NCBI GenBank assembly: GCA_001643675.2
Contig: LSRY02000004.1
Span: forward strand, 1,922,001 to 1,986,000
Length of the DNA: 64,000 bases
From: Monocercomonoides exilis PA203
Lineage: Eukaryota; Protista; Preaxostyla
Direction of reading: 5' to 3'
Shown here piece after piece: positions 38,893 through 49,960 of the stretch (its first letter is position 1; each line of letters begins with the position of its first letter). The position numbers and the translations under genes were made by a program. A model generated the notes under the pieces. It had not been told where the DNA came from and did not search any database. It saw nothing but the letters and a program-made list of their open reading frames with translations.

Positions 38893-41230
38893 TTAGGAAC
38901 TTAACGAGATTAGCAAAACTAATTTCAAATGAGACTTGACAAGATAAAGAGAAACACAATCATGAATCAATCGAATACAAGGTCCAATAGGCGGAAAAGT
39001 GCAATTTGAATGATGCCACAAACACTCTATTGTATTCGCACCTGCCTTTATATCCTTATCAAAGAGATGTTTTTTGTGGTGAACTTTCAAATGCTTGCAA
39101 CCTAGAAATTCCAAAATACACTGACATCGTTTAATGTCCGACCAGTATAGAATATTGTAGTTATTGAGATTATAGAAACATTTCACGTTTTATTTTTTTA
39201 ATACCACTTCATGTTTTGTTCACCAAACAAAACAGTTAACAAACCTCAAAATAGTTTCTTTATTTTTCTTTGATTTATTGACATTAATTAAATTATGGTG
39301 TAAATAAAGGTTCGCAAAGTTTCCTGACAAAAAATAAAAAATGAAAAATACGAAGATAAAAGGTTAGTAAATCTATGTTATTTTACAAACATTGAATTCA
39401 GAATGCCAAGATTACTATCATTGAAAAAGCAACTGGAAATCAAAAGGCTTCATGCAAAAGGATTCAGTAGAAATGCAATAGCAAGAATGACAAAAACATC
39501 CAGAGAATCAGTCTCAAAATACATTAACACAAAAACACTTATCACACAAAGAATATTCAGGTGCAAACCTGGGCGTCCAACATTTCTTTCAAGAAAAAAC
39601 AGATACATTGTCAAGAAAGCACTGAAAGAAAAATTGATACACAGGGCAAGAGATATCCCAAAGGTGACAGGAATCTATTGCGGTCTGACCACAGCACGAT
39701 TACTACTGCATAATGTTCCGTCCAAACACACACTGCGAAAAAAGTGACCATTTGAAACTAATTACACAAAGAAACAGAGAAAAGATTTTGCAGAGTGCCA
39801 TTTAAGGGATGATGACAAATGGAATCACACCTGTTTTGCTGACGAAAAAAAATTCAACCTTGATGGTCCAGACAGCAGAAGGATGGCATGGATTCCTTTA
39901 AATGACGCTATTTCCTTTGATCATCAAAGTCAGAAACCTCGTCAAAAACTTACGGTATGGGGAGCAGTTGGTTTGAATTTCAAAAGTGATTTGTTAATAT
40001 TTGAAAATCCAATTAATTCAATTGATTATGTTAATGTTTTGAAGCACACTCTGAAACCGAAAGCTGATCCCAAGTGTCCCTTTTTCCTGGAGATTCGTTC
40101 ATGATAATGCTTCTATCCATAAATCAAAGCTCGTTAAAAAAATACTGTGATGATAATCGAATTCACACCATTCCATGGCCACCGTACTCTCCGGATCTTA
40201 ATCCAATTGAAAATGTGTGGAAAATGTTAAGAGATAGGGTTTTTGAGGATGGAGTCCCAAAAACATCCATTTCAGAATTAAAAGAAAGTCTGACAACAAA
40301 TTGGAAAAGAATACCTCAATTCATGATAAATAATACAATTATGTCTATGAACGATAGATTGTCAGCAGTCATTGAAGCTAAAGGGAGTTACACGAAATAT
40401 TAAATTATTGTTCAAAGTTTTTTGTATCTTTTTTTTAAAGAATTTTTTTTATGGTTGCACACTTTTTGGAACATTTTTTTATTATTATGGAATATTTTTT
40501 AATTTTATTTTATTCACAAAAACAAATTGAAACAATTTTGATCATGTTGATGTTTGTTTTTTATAAAATATCATTTATGCAAAAAGAAAAAAACACAACA
40601 TACAACAATTTGAAGAAAGAGGTATCAACCATGAAAAGGTCGGATAGTTTACGTTGGCACTGTATCATACGCTCTCCACTTATCCGACATTATTGTTGCT
40701 CCTCCCTTAATGAACTTCAATATCGATGGAATGAGTATCTCTCTTTTTATATTTGGTACCACAACCATAAATCTTCCTCCAGCTCCTCCATCCTGTTTCC
40801 TCTCCATCCCTCCAAAAATCCAGATTTGTTTTTTCTTTTTTCCACAATGAAATTTTCTTTTCCCTCTTATTGCTTCATCATAATCCACAATTTGTCTTTC
40901 CCCTCCAATAAATACTTGCATCTCATTCCGAACATCTGCACATGCTTTCCTGATGACACTTCACCAACGGCAAACAGTGTATTTATCTATTTCGAGTAAC
41001 TATGCAGTTGTTTTGTTGAGGATTTTCAATCAGTAATTTTTTCAAACATGCAAATAGTTCATAAATTCAATATTTATTTTGTTCAACTTTGTTCATGGAA
41101 GCAATATCATTTTTGCGTAGCGTTTTTAACAAGTGTTAAATTGATATTTTCCATCCTTGAATGTGTTGATTTTGCAATATTCAATGATTCTTGTACACTG
41201 GGATGCAATTAATAGTAATTTCTTTGATTA
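38893..41230 (-). pseudogene. Merlin/ISXO2 (IS1595-like) DDE transposase pseudogene, split by a ~1.5-kb interval containing a Tc1 element
   Basis: 40921-40649 encodes IGG..VDYDE..GKRKFHCGK..WIFGGMER..F.VVVPN..LIP.I..I.GG.TIMSDKWRAY. The continuation GCKHLKVHHKKHLFD..AGANTIECLW is at ~39110-39010. The upstream segment has in-frame stops. Confidence 0.82.
39403..40403 (+). pseudogene. Tc1/Tc3-like DD34E transposase, disrupted (TGA at 39745, frameshifts near 40090 and 40140)
   Basis: N-terminal HTH and PGRP; FADEKKFNLDGPD; VWGA; HDNASIH..WPPYSPDLNPIENVW with 34 residues between D and E; C-terminal IEAKGSYTKY. TIRs not clearly recognisable. Confidence 0.9.
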
Positions 41231-41375
41231 ACCAATCCCAAGCCTTCATATAATCAAAAGACAAACGATAGTTGTCGGATATTTCCTCTTTTCCAATGTC
41301 CCAAATGCCACGTTTAATGAGATAATAATTGACCAAAACCCAAAATAAATACAATTTGCGTATTTTTTATTGCTA

Positions 41376-42907
41376 AATGGTTGATAACCCGGGAAAAAGA
41401 AGACAACTCGGGAAATTTTCTTAATGATCACCCCCTTTATGTGTTGCAATGAAAAAACAACGACAGAAATTGAACCTTCGCAGATTTATATCTTTTCTTT
41501 CTTCGTCTGAATATTGAAAGCATTCAACAAGGCAGTTAAGAGTCCTGAAAATAATTGAAAAAGAAGGTTTCAGAGCATCAGATGTATTCAAGGTGGGATT
41601 GATTTCGTAGAGTGCAAACTTCAGAGTTGTTGAGGCGAAAAATGAACATAGAGACGTCGGAATAAATGGAAGACCCTGGAAAATCAGAAAAAAGTATCGC
41701 GATGGAATATCAATGCTAATAAAAAATTATTTACACAATCTTAAAGGAACAACTGCAAAGCAATGGACAAATGCAGTTTGAATGTTATTATTTCAATTAT
41801 TTAATTATATTTTTATTATGAACAGGCAAGTTTCATTTCTTCTTCAAAAAAGAAGGAAAGCGTTTATAAAAAGGCTGTGAATAAAAAGTGGGGTTATTCT
41901 TTTATTTCCAAAATAAAAGGATCTTTATAAAAAAAGCCCGCAAAACTTCCAATAAAAAGAATCGAACACTCATCAAGGCTCATTTTGCGTCCTTTTTTTG
42001 AAGATTTGAAAGAATTATATAAGAAGAAGAAATATATTCCACAATATATATTTAATCTCGATGAAACTTATATGAAAAGAGACACAACTGAATCAACGAA
42101 GATAATAACTCTGCCGGATTGTCCCAGCCCAATTTCTCAAAAAGCACCTCTTCCTCTATCAATTTCCTTGCTTTTACTGATTTCCGCAGACGGGGAACAT
42201 TGTAAAACTTCTGTGATCAGTCATTCAACATTTCTTCCACAGGAATATGCTCAGGCCAACTCCGACAACTTTGTTTTTACTGCGACTACAAAGAAAGGAA
42301 TGGATTCTTCTTTATTCTTTGACCTATTCAAATATGTTGTAGTTGATTCTATAGATAGAAGAAGAAAACTCATGGGATTATCTAACTTTCCTTCATGCCT
42401 GCATATGGATAGTGCAACAATACACACGAACAAAGATGTCTTGGAACTGGCAAAGGAAAATGGGATCAATATTGTATTTCCTCCTTCGCACACCTCGCAC
42501 ATCGTCCAGCCCTTCGATAAATATGTCAATGCAAACATGAAGAAAATTATTTACACTACTGAAACAGACTTTGTGCGAAGCAATGCATCATCAAACAGAT
42601 TCAACTTCGTCAAAAAACTTAAGGAAGCATTATCAGAAGCATTAAAGCCATCTCCCATCGAAGCATCTTTCAGAGATTCTGGCATTTGGCCCTTAAATCC
42701 TGAAATTGTACTAAAAATCCTCAGTGAAACATCTCCTGTTGAAGGTTGCGAAGCTTCCATCAACAAAACCCACTTGATTGATTACTCGAAGTGCAGAATT
42801 TTCACTTTCGATTAAGTTTTTTCATATATTCACATAGAACATTTCATTATTTCTTTTTTTAAAAACTGTTTTCTTTTAGTAATAATTTACCCAGGTTATC
42901 AACCAAC
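41376..42907 (+). mobile_element. pogo/Tigger-like (DDE_1) DNA transposon with ~22-bp TIRs, TA-flanked; intron-containing, 5'-decayed transposase
   Basis: TA|AATGGTTGATAACCCGGGAAAA versus reverse complement of right end TA|GTTGGTTGATAACCTGGGTAAA. ORF 41985-42815 has IFNLDET, ISADG, LHMDSATIH, FPPSHTSHIVQPFD, SFRDSGIWPLN. Intron at 41776-41825. Confidence 0.9.
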
Positions 42908-44009
42908 TAGTTGAAAAACAAATTCCTTTTTTGACTATGATAAGTTTAAAACATATAATGTGGTTTTTTTAAATCCGGAGATTTTTTTTTAACAGAGCGA
43001 AATTTTAAATTCAAATATCTCAAGAAATATTTAATATCAATTTACAGAATTTTTCATAGTTGTATATTAGCATATATGACATCTATTCATTAACAAATTT
43101 TTAATAGCAGTGTTGTATATTTTTTGAAATAAATAATTATTATTTTTGAAAATCCAACTTTTGATGAATATTTCTATTTTAACAAAACGATTCAATTCAT
43201 CTTTTATACGCACCACTTATTTCTTATATGATATAAACAATTCTGGTTATTTTTTTTCCCAGAAATTTGTTCGTTTTGACTGTATGGAAAGCTATCATTT
43301 TTTAAAAAAAACTTTGTCAATGGGACAACTTAAAAAATACTTTTCATCAAATGGCAAAATTTTTTTGAAAAGTTCCTCGAATTTAATTTTGTCCCACAAA
43401 AGATCACAATTGATCAATAAACATTGATCATTCCGTTCCCATCATATATGGTTCTTTATTTCTTATTGTTATTTATAAGACAAATTATAGAATATAAAGC
43501 TTCAATTTCATTTATTTCATATAAACTTTTAACTAACTTTTCATTATTTTATTTAAAAAATATCTATTTGTTGATATTTGAAACAAACTAATAATAAGTT
43601 TTTATTCTTTCATTTTCATATCATCAGTTTGAAGATTCATTTTAATTTTTTGAATAATAACAAATTTTTAAACATTTCAAAGTGTTGAAAAATAAAAAAG
43701 TGAAAAGTGGTGTATCTTGATGAAATTTTTTGAAAGTTAATGATTATGAAAATAAAAACATTTTAATGCTCATGAATGAAAAATTTTATAAAAGAATTTG
43801 AACAAATGTATCGATTTCTTGTGTTGCTTAAAAACTGAATATAGTGTGCATTTAGATATCAAAAGGAATTGATATTAAAAACTCAAAATGATCCTTTTGT
43901 GATTTTATTCAAAAAAAATGATTATCATAGCTTTTGTCGAGGTTATTTTCATTTATAATTTTTGTTCATTTTTTCTTTTTTCACTTTAAGACATAACAAG
44001 GAGAAATAA

Positions 44010-46670
44010 TGTTTTTAATGTTCACATCGCTCGAAAACTGCGAGCATTGGTGGCTGATCGATATTTCTGATCCTGATGTGAATACTGTGTTTCTGTAATC
44101 GAAGGAGCTGCAGATTGACGTGATGGTGAATATGCAAAGGCTCATGGAGGCTGGTCGTGAGCAGCAGTAGTCGCTTCGCTATGTGCCTTTATCACTTCCT
44201 TGCCCTCATCTTTTTCTACTGAAGCAGCGCTTTGATCTGCCTTTCCATTCCGGAGGCGGAGCAACGAGGAGAAGAAGGCAGAAGGGGATGAGCAGTCATC
44301 TCCATCCACCACACATACAGTCGACACTTCGGATGAATCTGTTGTAGCTGCATCTTTTACGTTAGACAAAAAACTTTACCACAACGTGAGGTGGCTGAGG
44401 ACTGATGTGCTTTGGGCAGCTGTGTTGTTGTTGCTTCCATCTTCGCAATCACTTCAATCACTTCTGCAAGCACTCAGAGGTTTCAATGTTGGCTTGCTGT
44501 GCTCAGCTGAACAGAACGTGCTGTGCCCGTTCAATGTGTGATGCTTTCCATTCCTCTTGTGACTTTGCTCCCGTTTCTTGAGAACTTGCCGAGAAAGAAG
44601 TCGTCGAAGAGCAGTTATTAACAGCGGCGGATGTGGATGCGTTCCTGCCAATCTGCAATATGCTTGATCCATCGCTGGCTTCATTGGTCATTGAATGGCT
44701 GGCGAACCAATAAAAGCTGTCGAGGCATGCAGAGTGATGAAGATGGACAATAAAATGAGGAGGGGGACGGTTGCAGTGAATGAAGTGGGAGAGATTGCGG
44801 AGAAGGCGCTGGAGGAGGTGGGGCTGAGGGGCTGATGATGGAAGATGTGTTTCTGTCGCCTGCAGCGATTGTGCTGCATTTGCTGAAATAAAAAAAAGAA
44901 GAAGTTGGAAAAGAAAAAGGAGGCGAAGCGGATGAGTGGGCTGGGAGAGTAGCTGCAGGAGAAGGACAAGTTCATCTGGATGAAACAGAGGAAGAATCTG
45001 CAGCTGAGCGAGAAGCACAACGCAGAAGTGATGCAGGTGAAGCAGGTGAAGAAGAAGAAGTGCTGGAGTCAGCAAGGAGGAGTGTTGAGCGTTGATGAAA
45101 AGAGGTAACTGGCTGGTCGGGGGGTTTCAATTGCCATATCTTCTTCATTCATTTGTGCGTATAATGGGATGGTTCCGTCTTCGGAGTCATTGATTCTGCC
45201 TTTGGGGCTGTGTGAAAACTGCCAGGAGAAGTTAACAGAGACCAACAAAAATGGAAGTGCTGTGATTCTTGGGCCAGACCTGAATGGGAAGGGGGTTGTT
45301 GCGAAAGTGTGGAGCGGTGTGAGTGATGTGAGAAAAACATACAGCGATGGTGAAGGAGGAGGCTGAAGTGGGGAATGAGACCTGGAATCAGCAAGAGATT
45401 GGAGAAGAAATGTGTTGGGACAAATGGAAGTGGGGGAGGAAGTTAGGGTGGTGGTGGAAGAGCAGATGCAACGGTGCGGCAGAAGATGAACCTGATGCAG
45501 AAGAAAACGAAGATGCTGATGGCGCTGTTGAAAGCGCACGTGCAGACGAGCAGAAAGAATAAGGCGCTGTTCAAGGAGGTAATTGAGAATCAGAAGAAGA
45601 GCGAGGCTGCCCAGAAGGTGATGATCCACGGGGGAGAAGTTATTCCAGTTGAATATTGCAGAGATTTGGCTGTTTGGGGAATTTGTGCGGGAGAAGTTCA
45701 AATATAACGCTGTCGTTCTTCCTGTACTGTATCAGGGTGCTTGAAAGGGCAGCGAAGATAAAGATCTAGATGTTTTTTGGGGGAATTTGATAGACTGCAG
45801 TCGGAGAAGGGAGAAACAGAAGCTTCTGCATTTCTGGGTTCTTTTCTCTGAACTTCTTCAAAGCAGAGGCAATGAAGCAGAAAGAGGCGATTAAGGGGCT
45901 GTATGATGCAATCTGTAGTGGCGATGCATCGACTTCATCATCATCGCCATCGTCTTCATCGGGGGCAGTGTGCAGAGGAATCACATACTCGAAGCTGGAG
46001 TCTCTTTTGCGTGTGTGCTATCCGCAGATGCTACAGGCGCTATCGCTGCGGATCTTTTTAGATGCGTATTAGCTGTCTGGCTGCTGTCTGCCGTCGTTTG
46101 CGTCAGTGCAGGAAACATGTAAACGCAATGGCTTCTTCACACTGTGCCTGATGCATCCAGATGTGTGCGATGCTGCCAACTGCAGATCTCCTCTTTTCCG
46201 GTCACAGAACAGCTCAGTTGTGAAGACGATTAGCCGGCACTGGATGATCATGTGCAGGCGCTTTTGGTGGTGTCAGCGGGAACAGGGACGAATCGAAGTG
46301 TTGATGCTGTGCAGTCTGTGGTGGGGAAGAAAGAAGGTAGACAGGCGCTTGTCCGGATGGTGATGATGCTGGTACAGCTTGTTGAAGCGCAGTTTTGGAG
46401 GAATGAGATGGAAAGGGAAATCTGTTTTCGGCTCCCGCTGGGGGACGGGCAGTGAGTGGTGTAGTTTCACGAGGAGATGGTGTGGCACAGGGAGGGAGGA
46501 GGAGTCAAAATCTTGTCATTTCTCATATGTGTCTGCTTCTTCAACACAGCACAAACAGATTTCGAGTGAGATGGTGATGGCGATCAATAACATGTTGCTG
46601 TCCTTTGAGGCTGCATTTGGCTTGATCGATCCTCAGATTTCTCCGACCATATTTTCATCGGCATTATCAT
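44010..46670 (+). pseudogene. Decayed, possibly chimeric GC-rich coding fragments
   Basis: Coding-like composition, much richer in GC than the flanks, but only short broken ORFs (e.g. 45169-45366, 45474-45707, 45872-46072). No domain recognised. Confidence 0.4.
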
Positions 46671-46779
46671 AATCATCAAATAAGTCTTTTTTTTTATTTT
46701 TTCCTTTTCTTCTATCTCTTGGATTCTAATTTTCTCTATTTTCTTTTAAAATGCACTTTCTTTTTCTTCAAAGCTTGCT

Positions 46780-48480
46780 TCAGCTCTGTCCATGACACTC
46801 TTTCATCTTCCATTTTTTGTTATTATTGCCTTCGTTTTCTTTTAATGTTCTTGTCGAGCGAAACATACATTTTATTAATCTTTGAATGCGTTCTATTCTT
46901 TTTACAGATTTCAAATAAAATATGGGAAATATGGAAGAAGAAGAAGCTTCTGACAAAGAAGCAACAAATACAACAGCAATTATTAAGGCCCATGATTTCC
47001 CTTCTTTTCCTTTTTCAACAATCCTTTCATCTCCATTTGATTCAGATCCACTTATATTCTTCAGTATGAATGAATTTGTCGAAGAAAGAGCATTTTTATT
47101 TCCAAAGAGCTGGCACACAGACAGATATGCCTCCGCTGGCGCCTCTCGAAAAATGCTCCCTTGTATTTTCCCAAAGGCTTCCTTTACCGAGACAAGCCCT
47201 TTCGCTTCTAACTCGAACAGATGCAGCAAGGCCTCAGTTCCGATGGTTGTTGCCAGAGAAAACGACAGATTGCAGTGCAAAAGAAGCTCCCCCTGGTATC
47301 TGATTGCGAACTCGCTCTTTGTTTCATTATTCACATCTTCCGCAAAATAGAGTGTTGGGATGAAGAAGGGAGACGGCCTGTGGCAGGGGATTCCGGCAAT
47401 CGTGTATTTACTGTCCAGCATCCACAGGGATGTGTTGACTTTCGCATTGTCTTCCTCTTTCAAGCTCTCTTTGTTCAGCGATTCTCAATTAGTGTAGGCG
47501 ATATTCCTGCGGGCATCCACTTAGCTGCATTCCAAAGGGATGTTTTGACCGGAGGAGCTGTTGCCCACAAACTTTGCATCTTCGATGCTGTCAGCACCTC
47601 CTGAGACACACAACGTTCCATCAGATGCGTTTGCCATGATGAGATCGCTGATGGCTGCTGTTGTGTTGCACAGATGGACCAGCGATGCATTCCACGAGCA
47701 GATGCTGTCTGCGCTGTTTCCGTTTCCATTTGCACTTTCAGTGGTTTCTGAAGGTGCTCCCTCAAACACACACATGGTTAGAGATAGATCGGCTGCATTG
47801 CTTGCACTTATAATGCTCCCCCGCTGCCCAGGTTCATCTGCATCGTTGCCAGAGGATGTGTCATATTGTGAGCAGGTGAAATTTGACAGGGATATGTGTG
47901 AAGAGGGGGAAGACGCAGAAAATGCAGACAATTTAAAGGAGGCATCGGTACTAGTGTTTGAGCAGTTGCGGAATGAATAGCCAGGAAAGGCAATGTCTCC
48001 TGTGGTAGTAGCGGGGAGGCAGAGGACGCTGCCCTGCGAAAACACCAGATGCTCGGCTGCCACGCTGTGCGCCAAGGCGCTCTGGAACTGGCGGAACTCG
48101 AAGGTGCTGGCTAACAGCTGGAGGTGCTGGAGGTTTATGTTTGCGAGGGCAACACGGTCGGCGGCGGAGAGGAGGAAAAGCAGAAGAGAGAACGTGAGGT
48201 GTTTGACGTAGCTGTTATCGACAGTCAAGTGGCCATTCTCGATGGCTAGCAAAGAGAAGTTGAGGAGTGCTGAATGTTCAGCTGGCGAGGTGGCTGATGA
48301 AGTGGCAGAGGAAACAAACTGGACAAAGGAAAGCGAGAGGTGGCCATCGGTGTGGCACACAACAGCACTGCCTGTGTTCGAAAAAGATGGGTCAAAGAGG
48401 AAGTCGAGACGCCCAATCCAAACATTTGAAGATGTTGCGAAGATAACAGGGTAGCGCTGGATGGAGGCTTCGTTTTCATT
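46780..48480 (-). pseudogene. Fragmented member of the large Pmp-like/beta-helix membrane protein family
   Basis: ORFs 48360-47521 and 47463-46780 carry CSWNASLVHL, F.GN and CHRPSPFFIPTL motifs and a TM segment WALIIAVVFVASL; broken by stops and frameshifts. Confidence 0.6.
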
Positions 48481-48993
48481 ATTGGGAATATTGAAACAAA
48501 AAAGTAAATTTTAAAAAATCCAAAATTTTATGAACATAAAAGAACAAACAAATCACAAACCATCAATTTTGTTAATAATTTTGTTTATGTGGACTTGAGT
48601 AAGTTGTATTAGCTTCTATGAAACATTGATGTTCATTATGAGCAATGAAATATTCCGATTTTAAAAAACACAAGAATTCTTATTATCATTAAAATTTTCA
48701 AAAAAATAATAGAAACATACCATGAAACTTTCATGAATCAACAATTGCAAAATTGTTCAATCAAGAAAAACCATTTTTCATTGAAAATTTTTAAATTTAA
48801 TTTTGATCAAATAATTTGATATATAATATTTTTGCTTTAAAAAATTTTTTCTTATAAAGAAGTTTGCAACAAACTGATAAACATTATTGTGAAAGTTTGT
48901 TTTTTTCATTTGAATTATGGAAACGGAATGATAAAATAATAACTTCCATGGGTCGGTTTTTTGATCTGATGTCACTTTTCAAAAAAATTTTGC

Positions 48994-49287
48994 CAAATGC
49001 AGAAGCATCTGACTGAAACTCACCCTTCCACATTAAAATATAATAGTTATAAAAATTTTTTGCTAAGTTGTTTCTTTTTTGAATGATTCAGAAATTATTT
49101 TATGAATTTCGTTTGTTTTCATTTATGATGATAAATATAGATCAATTTCATTGAAAAAACAACAAATTTTGAATTTTGTGAATTGCATGTTGAATCATTC
49201 AAAAAAGAAACAACTTAGCAAAAAATTTTTATAACTATTATATTTTAATGTGGAAGGGTGAGTTTCAGTCAGATGCTTCTGCATTTG
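48994..49287. mobile_element. 294-bp hairpin element: 97-bp perfect inverted arms around a 100-bp spacer
   Basis: 48994-49090 (CAAATGCAGAAGCATCTGACTG..GAATGATTCA) is the reverse complement of 49191-49287. It is absent from the equivalent position of the left repeat copy (~43350). Confidence 0.88.
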
Positions 49288-49960
49288 ATGAAAAGTATTT
49301 TTTAAGTTGTCCCATTGACAAAGTTTTTTTTAAAAAATGATAGCTTTCCATACAGTCAAAACGAACAAATTTCTGGGAAAAAAAATAACCAGAATTGTTT
49401 ATATCATATAAGAAATAAGTGGTGCGTATAAAAGATGAATTGAATCGTTTTGTTAAAATAGAAATATTCATCAAAAGTTGGATTTTCAAAAATAATAATT
49501 ATTTATTTCAAAAAATATACAACACTGCTATTAAAAATTTGTTAATGAATAGATGTCATATATGCTAATATACAACTATGAAAAATTCTGTAAATTGATA
49601 TTAAATATTTCTTGAGATATTTGAATTTAAAATTTCGCTCTGTTAAAAAAAAATGTCCGGATTTAAAAAAACCACCCTAATAATAACAAATAAGAGCATT
49701 TTGAAAATGAAAATATCTTCATATCGTGCCTTTAATAAGAACAAGTTATAAGATAACTTCCTATGTTGAAAAAATATTGAAATGCCCAATAATATAAAAT
49801 CGAAATTTAGAAATTTTCAATGTGATAAAATTTTTCGATCAAAGAAATTTAAACATTAGTTTTTTCAAGTGCTAAATTTAAAGATGCATGAAGCTGTTAA
49901 ACTCATATTAAAGATCACAAAATTTTACCAAATATTTTTCATTGCTAATATCAATTTTTG

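Larger units (their letters stand above)
42958..49677. mobile_element. 6.7-kb block bounded by ~390-bp near-identical inverted repeats, TA-flanked (candidate cargo-carrying non-autonomous element)
   Basis: ~42960-43352 is the reverse complement of ~49284-49677 (the spurious MKIQLLMNIS.. ORFs are identical up to YFSSN). TA at 42956-57 and 49678-79 is in register. Confidence 0.6.

Noticed and set aside
43146-43427. Duplicated ORF MKIQLLMNIS.. (also 49265-49489) as a real gene pair
   Set aside because: Non-ATG start, AT-rich, and lies within the inverted repeat arms.
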